NCBI GenBank assembly: GCA_963718515.1
Contig: OY970354.1
Span: forward strand, 238,363-302,362
From: an uncultured bacterium
Lineage (GTDB): Bacteria; Patescibacteriota; Minisyncoccia; UBA6257; 2-01-FULL-56-20
DNA: 64,000 nucleotides
Direction: 5' to 3'
Numbering within the stretch: the stretch's first letter is position 1; every line of letters begins with the position of its first letter. Both the position numbers and the translations under genes were made by a program. Shown piece after piece: positions 39,540 to 48,992 of this stretch. Below the pieces are notes generated by a model. It made no database searches. It was given only the letters and a program-made list of their open reading frames with translations, and had not been told where the DNA came from.

Positions 39540-39572
39540 AGACCATCTTTGTTGGTAGGGATGCTATAATTT

Positions 39573-40115
39573 ATGAATATGTTTGCGCTTGATCAGAAAG
39601 TTTTTCAGTTCATTTACGCGGCTGGGCATCATAATACATTTTGGGATGTACTTGCGATATTCTTTGCGGAGTATCTGCCCTATTTGCTGGTGCTCGCGTT
39701 TCTCGTGCTTGTCTATTATCAGAAGGGCTGGCGGCGGAAGGTCTATCTTTTTTGCGAAGGTGCGCTTGCAATCATTCTCGCGCGCGGCGTTATTGTAGAA
39801 GTCATCCGATTCTTTTACCACGAGCCGCGGCCGTATTTTTTTTATAGTCTTACACCGCTCATTAACGAGGGCGGATGGTCTTTTCCATCGGCGCATGCGG
39901 CGTGGTTCTTCGCGCTCGCGATGATCGTCTGGTACGCCAATCGCAAGTGGGGGTGGTGGTTCTTTGGACTTGCGACGCTTATGGGTATCGCCCGCGTCTA
40001 CGCCGGCGTCCACTGGCCGATCGACATCCTGGCCGGCGCGGTGGTGGGCATCGTCTCGGCGCTATGCATTCATTGGTTGTTGAAGGGGAGTAGAAAAAAG
40101 CTGGAGGCAGTATAG
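39573..40115 (+). CDS. PAP2 family phosphatase (BcrC / undecaprenyl-diphosphatase-like)
   Basis: SFPSAHAAWFFALA and ARVYAGVHWPIDILAG (PAP2 motifs), with 4-5 TM segments. Confidence 0.75.
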   Translation: MNMFALDQKVFQFIYAAGHHNTFWDVLAIFFAEYLPYLLVLAFLVLVYYQKGWRRKVYLFCEGALAIILARGVIVEVIRFFYHEPRPYFFYSLTPLINEGGWSFPSAHAAWFFALAMIVWYANRKWGWWFFGLATLMGIARVYAGVHWPIDILAGAVVGIVSALCIHWLLKGSRKKLEAV

Positions 40116-40198
40116 CCCCCCCCGCTTTTCCCTATTTTTTAACGTCGGATTGCACGCTTGTGCAGTAGGCGCAGCGGTGGGCTTTGATAGGAATGCTA

Positions 40199-40552
40199 CT
40201 AAGGCATTCCGGGCAGACTTTTGTCGTGGCCGCGGGCGGCGCCTTTGCGGATCGAGCTTAGCTTATTTATCGGAATAACCACGAAGAAATAAATAGTGAT
40301 CGCGGTGATGACAAACGATATAAGATTATTAAAAAAATCACCATAAAGGAACTGGCTTCCGTTGATGGTGAAGGAAAAGTTCGAAAAGTTGGGCTGTTTG
40401 AAGATTGCCGCGATGAGCGGGGTCATAAGATCTTTGACGAGTGCCGAGACGACCGTGTTGAACGCCGCACCGACCATGACGCCGACCGCGAGGTCAACGA
40501 CATTCCCGCGAAGGATAAAGTTCTTGAAGCCTTTAAAAATATCCTTGATCAC
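40199..40552 (-). CDS. mscL: large-conductance mechanosensitive channel MscL
   Basis: FKNFILRGNVVDLAVGVMVGAAFNTVVSALVKDLMTPLI. Confidence 0.85.
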   Translation of the reverse strand: MIKDIFKGFKNFILRGNVVDLAVGVMVGAAFNTVVSALVKDLMTPLIAAIFKQPNFSNFSFTINGSQFLYGDFFNNLISFVITAITIYFFVVIPINKLSSIRKGAARGHDKSLPGMP

Positions 40553-40561
40553 AAAGATATT

Positions 40562-41068
40562 TTACTTCAGGGCAACTTTGGAGTCGAGCACCACAATCTG
40601 CGCGTGTTCGATGCCAAAGTCTATCGCGTCATGGACGCTCGGCATCCAGATATCCACGCGGCCGCTGAACTTCTGGCTGGTGCGATCTTCAACGGTAAAG
40701 ACCTTATCGCCGAAAAGGGCAGGGATCTCTATCCGGGTCCCAAAGGGAAGCAGGTTATCCGCCACGATGCCATCCCGCACCATCTGGCCGGAAGCCGTGA
40801 TGAGGGGGTGGTCGGACGTCTCGTCCGGCGCACTCGTATAGGCCGTTACCCAGACGGTTTGGGTGCTATCGACCGATAAGGCCGGCCCTTGAGCCGTGGA
40901 TTTTATGGTCGGCATGGCCGTAACAGCGATCGGCGATATCCGGGCGACCGTATCGGCCTGAATGGTAGCCGGGTAGGCCAATACTATGGCCATTGCCATG
41001 AGGATTCCCAGGTATTTGGCTCTTTTCCCAATAAAAAAGCCCCTCTCGGGGTAATATATACTACTCAT
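40562..41068 (-). CDS. 3D-domain (MltA/RlpA-like) cell-wall protein
   Basis: N-terminal TM or signal segment. VTAYTSAPDETSDHPLITASGQMVRDGIVA...FTVEDRTSQKFSGRVDIWM. Confidence 0.65.
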   Translation of the reverse strand: MSSIYYPERGFFIGKRAKYLGILMAMAIVLAYPATIQADTVARISPIAVTAMPTIKSTAQGPALSVDSTQTVWVTAYTSAPDETSDHPLITASGQMVRDGIVADNLLPFGTRIEIPALFGDKVFTVEDRTSQKFSGRVDIWMPSVHDAIDFGIEHAQIVVLDSKVALK

Positions 41069-41156
41069 TTATTTGTACAGTAAGGATAGCAGGCTCCTTT
41101 CCAAAAGTCAATGGGGTGTCCGGAAGGGGTGGGTTAGGGTGCTAAAAATCCTTACT

Positions 41157-42197
41157 TTACTGGGTTTTTAGGAAATCTTGGACTATTTGACGGATTTCGG
41201 CGGCGGTTTGGGCTTCCATCAGTCGAAGTCGGAGCTCTTTTGCTCCGTCGAAGGCTGGGAAGTTGCCGTTCGGGTCGGAATGGCCGGTTGTGTACGATTT
41301 GTAGTGTTTTTTCATCACGTCAAAGTTCTTGAGGCGGCCGCCTTGGCCAATGGTCTTGGGGTTGTCGCTATGGTAAAGCTTCTCAAACAGTTCCGTGTGG
41401 GCAACCAGGCGCTCGAGCCGTTTCCGGACGTCGGGCGTCCGGCCGGAGAAGAACCATGGGTTGCCAAACATGCCGGAGCCGGCCATGAAGCCGTCCATCC
41501 CGGCTGTCGCCACTTTTTCTCGCCCATCTTCCAACGACCGGACGTCGCCGTTGCCGAGGAGGACGGTTTGTGGCGCTATCTTATCTCGGAGCGCCACTAT
41601 CTTTGGCGCCAGTTCCCAGTGGGCGTCCACGTCTGACATTTCCTGGCGTGTGCGCAGGTGGACGGTGAGCGCGGCAAGATCTTCTTTTAATAACACGGGG
41701 ATCCATTCGTCTAGCTCGGCGGTGTTTGTGTAGCCGAGCCGGGTTTTAACGGAAACCGGCAGGCCGCCCGCGCCGCGCTTGAGCGCGCGGATGAGCTGTT
41801 GCGCGATCTCCGGCGTTTTCACGAGCGCCGCCCCCGCGCCGGACTTTTCCACGCCGCGGTCAGGGCAACCCATGTTGATATCGATGCCATCAAAGCCAAG
41901 TTCTTTAATGAGCGGCGCAACTGCCTCGAACTGCTCCGGCTTTGACCCGAAGATTTGGGCGACGATCGGATGCTCGAGGTCGCTGAACCACAGGTCGGTT
42001 AAAAGCCGGTCGCGCCCGCGCGAAAGCAATCCTTCCACCGACACGAACTCGGTCCAAAAGACGTCGGGTTTGCCGCACTCCGCGAACATGCGTCGAAAAG
42101 CGGCGTCCGTGACATTCGCCATCGGCGCCTGCGCCGCAATCGGGTGCGGGAGGGTGAGCCAGAAGTTTTTAGGGTCGGCCATAATGACCATTAGCAT
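41157..42197 (-). CDS. dus: tRNA-dihydrouridine synthase
   Basis: APMANVTDAAFRRM and DGIDINMGCPDRGVEKSGAGAAL (catalytic Cys context). The exact start is uncertain (alternative ATG about 42182). Confidence 0.8.
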   Translation of the reverse strand: MLMVIMADPKNFWLTLPHPIAAQAPMANVTDAAFRRMFAECGKPDVFWTEFVSVEGLLSRGRDRLLTDLWFSDLEHPIVAQIFGSKPEQFEAVAPLIKELGFDGIDINMGCPDRGVEKSGAGAALVKTPEIAQQLIRALKRGAGGLPVSVKTRLGYTNTAELDEWIPVLLKEDLAALTVHLRTRQEMSDVDAHWELAPKIVALRDKIAPQTVLLGNGDVRSLEDGREKVATAGMDGFMAGSGMFGNPWFFSGRTPDVRKRLERLVAHTELFEKLYHSDNPKTIGQGGRLKNFDVMKKHYKSYTTGHSDPNGNFPAFDGAKELRLRLMEAQTAAEIRQIVQDFLKTQ

Positions 42198-42247
42198 ACC
42201 ACACCGCCTTCACAGAATAATCGTGGTATAATGACCCTACCAAGCAT

Positions 42248-44146
42248 ATGCCTCCAAGCGGACAGGGCGGTGGATTTTTTCGAGGGTCAATGCGATCGCT
42301 CACGCGCGACGCGTCGGTGACCGAGCAGACAGTGCCGAAGGGGACGACCCGGCGGATTTTTCGTTTTGCAAAGCCATACCGGAAAGCGCTCACCATCTTT
42401 TTGATACTGATCTCCTTCGACGCGGCGCTCGGCGTCGTGAACCCGCTCTTATATAGAGAGATCATCGACAAGGGGATTGGCAATAAGGATGTGCGACTGA
42501 TCGTCATTTTGGCCCTCGTTGCCTGCGCCATCTCGCTTCTCGATGCCGTCTTGTCGCTCGTGGAGAATTACATTTCTTCCCGCATCGGGCAGGGTCTTGT
42601 GTTCGACATGCGCACAAAGGTGTTTGAGCATGTTCAGAACATGCCGCTCGCGTTCTTTACACGGACGCAGACCGGCGCGCTTGTGAGCCGCTTGAACAAT
42701 GACGTGACGGGCGCACAACAGGCGTTCACGGATATTTTGTCTTCCGTGATCAGCAATCTTATCAGTGTGGTGGCGGTGCTGATCGTGATGTTCTTTTTGT
42801 CGTGGCAGTTGACGCTTGTCTCGCTCATCCTGGTGCCGCTCTTTATCTTCCCCGCGCGATATTTGGGAAGGAAGTTGCAGGCGATCACGCGTGAGAGCTA
42901 TGACCTCTACGCAAAAATGAATAACATCATGATCGAGCGGTTCAATGTTTCGGGCGCGTTGCTCTCAAAGCTGTTCGGGCGCGCGGCGGACGACAACAGC
43001 GCTTTTCAGGATAAGGCCGGGCGCGTGCGCGACATCGGCGTGACGCAGGCGCTTTACACGAGATTTTTCTTTATCGGACTTTTCCTCGCCGCCGCGATCG
43101 GCACCACGCTCGTATTCGGGTGGGGCGGCGTGCTTTCGGTGCAAGGCGTCCTGGACGTCGGCACGCTTGTGGCCTTGAGCGTCTACCTGAGCCGCTTATA
43201 CGGACCGCTCACCGCGCTTTCGAACGTCAACGTGGATATCATGACGGCGCTCGTGTCATTCGATCGCGTGTTCGAGGTCCTCGACATTCCGCCGATGATC
43301 ACGGAAAAGCCGGATGCAAAGACGATATCGCGCGGGCCGGCAAAGATCGAGTTCGATCACGTGAGTTTTAGCTATCCCACGGCCAAGGAGGTTTCGCTTG
43401 CGTCGCTTGAGTCGGTTGCGACGCTCTCGCACGCGCCGGAGAAAGAGATTTTGGCCGACGTGAGCTTTGTCGTGGAGCCTGGGCAGATGACGGCGCTCGT
43501 CGGGCCGTCCGGTGCGGGGAAGACGACGATCTCGCAGCTCGTGGCGCGGCTCTATGACGTGCGCGCGGGCGCGGTGCGCGTGAATGGCATCGACGTGCGC
43601 GACGCGACGCTCATATCGCTCCACGCCGCGATCGGCGTCGTCACGCAAGACGCGCACATGTTCCATGACACGATCCGCGCGAACATGCTGTACGCCAAAC
43701 CGGATGCGACGGAACGCGAGATAGAAGACGCTTTAACGGCGGCGCAGATCTTGCCTTTGATAAAATCTTTATCGCAGGGTCTCGACACGCTCGTCGGCGA
43801 TCGTGGCTACCGTTTTTCCGGCGGAGAAAAACAGCGCTTGGCGATCGCGCGGCTCTTGCTCAAATCGCCGGACATCGTCGTCCTCGACGAGGCGACTGCG
43901 CACCTTGATTCCGAGTCGGAGGCCGCGATCCAGGAAGCGTTCCGCGTCGCGCTTCGCGGCCGGACGTCGCTCGTGATCGCGCATCGCTTGTCTACCATCC
44001 GCAACGCAGATCAGATCCTCGTCGTGCAGGGCGGCCGCATCGTTGAGCGTGGCAGGCACGAAGAGCTGTTGGCGCGCGGGGGCGTGTACGCGGAGCTCTA
44101 CCGCACGCAGTTTGCGGCGGGAGAGGGGAAACACGCCGCGGCATAA
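42248..44146 (+). CDS. ABC exporter, fused permease/ATPase (MsbA / multidrug type)
   Basis: Six TM segments in the N-terminal half. GPSGAGKTT (Walker A), FSGGEKQRLAIAR (signature) and IVVLDEATAHLD (Walker B). Confidence 0.85.
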   Translation: MPPSGQGGGFFRGSMRSLTRDASVTEQTVPKGTTRRIFRFAKPYRKALTIFLILISFDAALGVVNPLLYREIIDKGIGNKDVRLIVILALVACAISLLDAVLSLVENYISSRIGQGLVFDMRTKVFEHVQNMPLAFFTRTQTGALVSRLNNDVTGAQQAFTDILSSVISNLISVVAVLIVMFFLSWQLTLVSLILVPLFIFPARYLGRKLQAITRESYDLYAKMNNIMIERFNVSGALLSKLFGRAADDNSAFQDKAGRVRDIGVTQALYTRFFFIGLFLAAAIGTTLVFGWGGVLSVQGVLDVGTLVALSVYLSRLYGPLTALSNVNVDIMTALVSFDRVFEVLDIPPMITEKPDAKTISRGPAKIEFDHVSFSYPTAKEVSLASLESVATLSHAPEKEILADVSFVVEPGQMTALVGPSGAGKTTISQLVARLYDVRAGAVRVNGIDVRDATLISLHAAIGVVTQDAHMFHDTIRANMLYAKPDATEREIEDALTAAQILPLIKSLSQGLDTLVGDRGYRFSGGEKQRLAIARLLLKSPDIVVLDEATAHLDSESEAAIQEAFRVALRGRTSLVIAHRLSTIRNADQILVVQGGRIVERGRHEELLARGGVYAELYRTQFAAGEGKHAAA

Positions 44147-44180
44147 TCATTTTTTAATCTGCGGATGCTAGGATGCGGGG

Positions 44181-45245
44181 ATGAAGATAAAATATTTCTG
44201 GGGTTTGATATTCGCTATCGCGGCAGCGGCGCTTTTTATTTTTTTTGGGACGCCATTCCGATCCTCTTTTATAAACGATAATGCGTCGCAGGCTAGCGCG
44301 CTTTCTTTAATAACGGAGCCGGATGATGGCATTGCACCGGTGCTTGCCATGATTAGTGGCGCGGCGAAATCGGCGGATCTTGTGATGTATGAGCTCGATG
44401 ATCACCAGGTTGAGGCCGCGCTTGTGGCGGATGAACGTCGCGGCGTTGCGGTGCGCGTGATCTTGGGTGCGGGATATGATGGCGCATCGTCCACGCAAAA
44501 TGCCGCGGCCTATGAATTTCTCGCCGCAAACAGTGTTCCTGTGCGATGGTCACCTTCATATTTTTCTTTGACGCACCAAAAATCGCTCGCGGTCGATCAC
44601 GATCGCGCGCTCATCATGACCTTCAATTTGGTCTCAAAATATTATCCAACCGGGCGGGATTTTGGCGTGGATGATAATGATCCGCGCGATGTTGCGGCGA
44701 TCGAGCGAACGTTCGACGATGATTGGCGGGGAACTCAGGCTGGCGGCGGTGGCGCTGGTCGCGATGCCGCCGCGCCCGGTGGCAACAATGGCGATCACGG
44801 CGATGATCTTATCTGGAGTCCGGGCTCGGAGCGTCCGTTGCTCACTCTCATTCATGGGGCGCAAAAATCACTCTATGTCTATAACGAGGAGATGGCGGAC
44901 GGCGATGTGGTGAAGGCGCTTATCGAGGCCGCGGAACGTGGCGTCCAAGTATATGTGGATATGACGGATGCCGACGAATGGCAATGGCAGTTCCGCGAAC
45001 TCACGACCGGCGGCGTCCACGTGCGCACCTATGCGGATTCGCCGAGTGCGCTGCTTTATATCCATGCAAAGATGATCGTCGCGGACGGCGCGCGGGCGTT
45101 CGTAGGGTCGGAAAATTTTTCCACTACGTCGCTTGACGACAATCGCGAGCTTGGCATTATTACATCCGACCCAGCGATCATCGCGTCGCTTACGCGCACG
45201 TTCGCGGCCGATTGGCGCAACGCCATTCCGTTTATGGATGATTGA
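44181..45245 (+). CDS. phospholipase D superfamily protein with two HKD motifs
   Basis: N-terminal hydrophobic segment. THQKSLAVDHDRALIMTFN and IHAKMIVADGARAFVGSENFS. Confidence 0.75.
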   Translation: MKIKYFWGLIFAIAAAALFIFFGTPFRSSFINDNASQASALSLITEPDDGIAPVLAMISGAAKSADLVMYELDDHQVEAALVADERRGVAVRVILGAGYDGASSTQNAAAYEFLAANSVPVRWSPSYFSLTHQKSLAVDHDRALIMTFNLVSKYYPTGRDFGVDDNDPRDVAAIERTFDDDWRGTQAGGGGAGRDAAAPGGNNGDHGDDLIWSPGSERPLLTLIHGAQKSLYVYNEEMADGDVVKALIEAAERGVQVYVDMTDADEWQWQFRELTTGGVHVRTYADSPSALLYIHAKMIVADGARAFVGSENFSTTSLDDNRELGIITSDPAIIASLTRTFAADWRNAIPFMDD

Positions 45246-45419
45246 GCAAAATTTTTGAAAAGCGTTTGGGCGTGCTAAAATAGCATTGTGGAATAAGTGG
45301 TGCCTTGCACCCCGCGATCGTTACCCTGATCACAGCGGCTGTACCCATCCACATCCTTTGGGCCGGGCAACCAAAGGTCGAATGCTAAACATAACAGCGC
45401 AAAAGCGCAACATAAAAAT

Positions 45420-45620
45420 ATGGAAGAAAATGAAAAAGGCGGCATCGGAAAGATGCACGCTGACCATCGGGCGGAGACGTTCCCGATGAACAACTGGCGC
45501 GCATGGGGCTCGTGGTTCAGTTGGGGATCGCCCGTCGGTCTCGGGATCGGCTGGACACTCTTCATCGTTCCGATTGGCATCTTTCTCTGGCTTCTGCACC
45601 TCGCGAATATTATTCACTAG
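45420..45620 (+). CDS. hypothetical small Trp-rich membrane protein
   Basis: 66-aa ORF (alternative ATG at 45453) with one or two hydrophobic helices, followed by a strong terminator. There is no homology signal. Confidence 0.35.
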   Translation: MEENEKGGIGKMHADHRAETFPMNNWRAWGSWFSWGSPVGLGIGWTLFIVPIGIFLWLLHLANIIH

Positions 45621-45657
45621 AAGTGGGTGGGGCGTCGCGGTGCGGACTATAGAGGAT

Positions 45658-45693
45658 AAAACATAGCCCGGCGAGCGCCGGGCTATGTTTTTA
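45658..45693 (+). terminator. intrinsic terminator
   Basis: ACATAGCCCGGC-gagc-GCCGGGCTATGT (12-bp stem) followed by TTTTTATT. Confidence 0.75.
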
Positions 45694-45777
45694 TTGCTAT
45701 TTCTGGAACGTAAAATATACGAGCGCAAACGAAGTGCCGGATATCCTGTTCCGGCGGCCATTCCCGAAGTCTGTTAA

Positions 45778-45816
45778 TAATTAAGTATTGACTTAATTAT
45801 CGGATGAGAATAGTAT
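45778..45816 (+). promoter_or_regulatory. promoter with an overlapping inverted-repeat operator upstream of the ArsR-family gene
   Basis: TAATTAAG-N6-CTTAATTA palindrome (45778-45799) overlaps the TTGACT (45788-45793), 17-nt spacer, TAGTAT (45811-45816) promoter. The ATG lies only about 7 nt after the -10 element, so the mRNA may be leaderless. Confidence 0.5.
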
Positions 45817-45823
45817 TACTTAT

Positions 45824-46132
45824 ATGGACATATTTTCCGTATTGGCAGAGCCGACGCGGAGGACCATCGTAGAGATGCTCGCCGAGCGCGGCGCATTGCC
45901 AGCATCGGAGATCGGCGACAAGTTCAGCGCGAGCCCGCCCGCTATCTCGCAACATCTCAAGGTCCTGCGCGAGGCAAAGGTCGTACGGGTCGAAAAACGA
46001 GGGCAACAGCGCATTTATTCAGTAGATCCCGCGGCGATGCAAGAGATAGAGGAATGGGCCAGAAATACAAGGCGTATGTGGGATGAACGGTTTGATCGAT
46101 TAGATAAATTTATAAAACAAAAAACGAAATAA
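45824..46132 (+). CDS. ArsR/SmtB family transcriptional regulator
   Basis: FSVLAEPTRRTIVEMLAERGALPASEIGDKFSASPPAISQHLKVLREAKVV (winged HTH). Confidence 0.85.
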   Translation: MDIFSVLAEPTRRTIVEMLAERGALPASEIGDKFSASPPAISQHLKVLREAKVVRVEKRGQQRIYSVDPAAMQEIEEWARNTRRMWDERFDRLDKFIKQKTK

Positions 46133-46135
46133 AAC

Positions 46136-46600
46136 ATGGAAAAATATATAACAATCACAAGAACGATCGATGCTCCCGTTGAGCGTGTTTGGCGGGCGTG
46201 GGTCGATGAGAAACAGGTGCAAAAATGGTGGGCACCCCAGGGCTTTACGAATCCCACGTGCGAAGTGGATGCAAAGGTTGGCGGCAAGTTATATATCGTG
46301 ATGCAAGCCGGCGATAACATGGGCCCCATGAGCGGGATGAAAGCACCCATGGAAGGAACCTTTACTGAGGTGGTCGAAAATAAAAAGCTCGTATTTACCA
46401 ACATCGCCCTCGATGAAAAGGGCGCCCATTTGCTCGAAGGGGTAACGACGGTTACGTTTGAGGGCGTCGGCAACAAGACAAAGTTTACCGTGCATACCGG
46501 AGCGATGGGCACGACCGCGGGAGTCGACCAGATGCTTGGCGGCATGGAGCAGGGCTGGAATGAGCAGGTGAACAAGCTCGTTGCGTTCGTTACCGAATAA
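46136..46600 (+). CDS. SRPBCC / AHSA1-domain protein
   Basis: ITRTIDAPVERVWRAWVDEKQVQKWWAPQGFT is typical of Aha1-like SRPBCC proteins, which are commonly paired with ArsR. Confidence 0.75.
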   Translation: MEKYITITRTIDAPVERVWRAWVDEKQVQKWWAPQGFTNPTCEVDAKVGGKLYIVMQAGDNMGPMSGMKAPMEGTFTEVVENKKLVFTNIALDEKGAHLLEGVTTVTFEGVGNKTKFTVHTGAMGTTAGVDQMLGGMEQGWNEQVNKLVAFVTE

Positions 46601-46624
46601 AGATTGGCTAAATCGATTCAAAAA

Positions 46625-46652
46625 GAAAATCGCCGTAACGGCGATTTTCTTT
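46625..46652. terminator. intrinsic terminator
   Basis: GAAAATCGCCG-taa-CGGCGATTTTC followed by TTT. Confidence 0.7.
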
Positions 46653-46668
46653 AGGTGTCCCTACGTTG

Positions 46669-46755
46669 CGGAGACGGAAGGATTCGAACCTTCGAGGGGA
46701 TTTCTCCCCTAACATCTTAGCAGGATGCTGCCTTCAGCCACTCGGCCACGTCTCC
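46669..46755 (-). tRNA. tRNA-Ser (anticodon GCU)
   Basis: The reverse complement is GGAGACGTGGCCGAGTGGCTGAAGGCAGCATCCTGCTAAGATGT...GAAGGTTCGAATCCTTCCGTCTCCG, with a long variable arm. Confidence 0.85.
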
Positions 46756-46876
46756 ACTACTGGTAGAGTGTAAAGGATTGCAAACGTTTTCTCAAGCCGC
46801 GTGGGCTGAATGTCTTGTTCTTTTGCCGTATTTTTGCTATAATTTGTTGGAGTTTAAAACTTTAACAGCTTTTAAT

Positions 46877-48392
46877 ATGCAAAAAGAGACACTCAAAAAT
46901 ATTCCAATAAAGACTGCCCTAAAAGCTCGCCCCCCGATCGTCGTCGTGATGGGGCATGTTGATCATGGCAAGACCACATTACTTGATTACATCCGCAAAG
47001 CGAACATCGCCGCGCGCGAGGCGGGCGGCATCACGCAGGCCACTGCCGCTTACGAGATAGAGCATCGCTCGAGCGGCGCGCCCGCGGCCGAACCCGCGCG
47101 CAAGATCACGTTCATCGACACGCCCGGGCATGAGGCGTTCACCGCCATGCGCTCGCGCGGCGCGCAGGTCGCCGACCTTGCGATACTTGTCGTCGCCGCG
47201 GACGAAGGCGTAAAGCCCCAGACCAAAGAAGCGATCGAAATAATAGAGAACTCAAAGACGCCGTTCATCGTCGCTATCAATAAAGTTGATAAGACCGGTG
47301 GCAACCTGGACAAGGCACGCAACGACCTCATGGCCGCAGGAGTTTTGCTCGAAGGATATGGTGGACAGGTGAGCTATCACGCTGTTTCCGCAAAGACGGG
47401 CGAGGGCGTAGATGAACTTCTCGACCTCATCCTCCTTGCCGCAGACATCGAGAACCTTACGTACGATCCGTCGCTCGCGGCATCGGGCTTTGTGCTCGAG
47501 GCAAAGCGCGATCCGAAGCGCGGCATCGAAGCGACCGTCATCGTAAAGAACGGCACGCTCACGCGCGGCGATACGATCGCGACGCACACCGCGTCCGGCA
47601 AAGTGAAGATCCTCGAAGATTTTTTGGGCAAGACGGTTGCAATGTTTGGAACCGTCCGCGCCGGCGCTCATCATCGGGTTTGAAACAATTCCAAAAGTGG
47701 GCGAGGAATTTTCGGTGGGGGAATCAAAAGAAGAGAAAAGTGTGCCCGCGATGAGCGTGCCGACGGGATCCCTTGCAAATCAAATTGCAAGGTCCAAGCC
47801 GAACACACTTAACCTTATATTGAAGGCCGGCGATGCCGGATCGCTCGAGGCGCTCTCGGTTGTTCTGCGTGGCATCGATCAGAAGGGTGGCAAGGAGATA
47901 AATATAGTAGAGGAGGGCGTAGGCGATATCACGGACGGTGACATTCGCCATGCGATGGCGACGAAAGCGACGATCATCGGATTCAAGAACCGCGTCGAGA
48001 AGGGCGCGAAGGTGTTGGCTGATGCGCAGGCGGTGACGGTCATCACGTCGGAGATCGTGTATGATCTTTCGACCGCAGTGGAGGAATATTTTAGCGGAGC
48101 GCGCGGGCCGGCGGCGGCGGGCGAACTGGAAGTGCTCGCGCTCTTCAATCAGGAAAAACCGCAGAAACAGTTGGTGGGCGGCCGCGTGACGAGCGGCACG
48201 TTCCGCGGGAAAGTTTCGTTCGACATCGTGCGCGGCCACGTGGGTTCTGCGCCGGTGGGCAACGGCAAAGTCCTTGGCTTACGCGAAAAAAAGAGCGAGA
48301 TTTTCCAGGCGGAAAAAGGAAAAGAGATTGGCGTTTTGATCGACGCGCAGACGCTCGTGCAGGTCGGAGATAAATTATTGATCAGGAAATAA
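46877..48392 (+). pseudogene. infB: translation initiation factor IF-2 (short form) with one +1 frame disruption (about 47645-47648)
   Basis: [30 protein letters not shown] and NKVDK (G domain). ...FLGKTVAM/LEPSAPALIIGFETIPKVGEEF needs removal of one T from ATGTTTGG. Confidence 0.85.
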
Positions 48393-48413
48393 CGGCGCGG
48401 TGCGCTCAAAAAA

Positions 48414-48767
48414 ATGAACTTTCGTTCCGAGCGGGTGGGCAAATTGATTCGCGAGGAGCTTTCGAAGATGATCCTTCGCGAAGTCGAGCTTCCCGCGCTC
48501 GCGACGATCACGGAAGTTGAGGTGGACAAGAAGCTGGACGGCGCGCGCGTGAAGGTGAGCGTCATTCCGGCTATCGCCGAAAAGAAAGTACTCGACGAAC
48601 TTGCCAAGAACGCTGGTCATCTGCAGTACTTATTGCTCCGCAAGATCAACATCAAGCCGATGCCGCGCATTTTCTTCGAGATCGACCACGGTTTCGAGAA
48701 CGCCGCGAAGGTTGAAAAATTACTGGGGGAGGATACTATTAAGGGCAAGGACGAGTCGGAAAAGTAA
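48414..48767 (+). CDS. rbfA: ribosome-binding factor A
   Basis: RSERVGKLIREELSKMILREV...ITEVEVDKKLDGARVKVS. It sits in the position conserved after infB. Confidence 0.8.
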   Translation: MNFRSERVGKLIREELSKMILREVELPALATITEVEVDKKLDGARVKVSVIPAIAEKKVLDELAKNAGHLQYLLLRKINIKPMPRIFFEIDHGFENAAKVEKLLGEDTIKGKDESEK

Positions 48768-48839
48768 GGCCTAGTTGCTAAGTGGTAAAGCGAGGGACTG
48801 CAAATCCCTTATGCGGCGGTTCGATTCCGCCCTAGGCCT
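48768..48839 (+). tRNA. tRNA-Cys (anticodon GCA)
   Basis: GGCCTAG/CTAGGCC acceptor stem, loop CUGCAAA and T-loop GGTTCGATTCC. It starts immediately after the rbfA stop codon. Confidence 0.85.
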
Positions 48840-48860
48840 CATGCATGGCTAAATAAAAAT

Positions 48861-48943
48861 GCCCGGGTGGCGGAACGGTTTACGCAGAGGACTTAAAATC
48901 CTTGACCCGTAAGGGTTTGTGGGTTCGAATCCCACCCCGGGCA
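48861..48943 (+). tRNA. tRNA-Leu (anticodon UAA)
   Basis: GCCCGGG/CCCGGGC acceptor stem, loop CUUAAAA, long variable arm and GGTTCGAATCC. Confidence 0.85.
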
Positions 48944-48978
48944 CAAAAAAAGAAAGCGCGCTCTATGGGAGCGCGCTT
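48944..48978 (-). terminator. intrinsic terminator of the minus-strand gene 48993..49313
   Basis: AAGCGCGCTC ... GAGCGCGCTT hairpin. On the minus strand it is followed by TTTCTTTTTTT. Confidence 0.65.
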
Positions 48979-48992
48979 GTGACGTGAGGAGC

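Noticed and set aside
44181-45245. The PLD-family protein as a defence nuclease, paired with the ABC protein.
   Set aside because: Its N-terminal hydrophobic anchor and dual HKD layout resemble cardiolipin-synthase or phospholipase-type enzymes. The ABC protein is a standard MsbA-like exporter, and there are no other defence-associated domains nearby.
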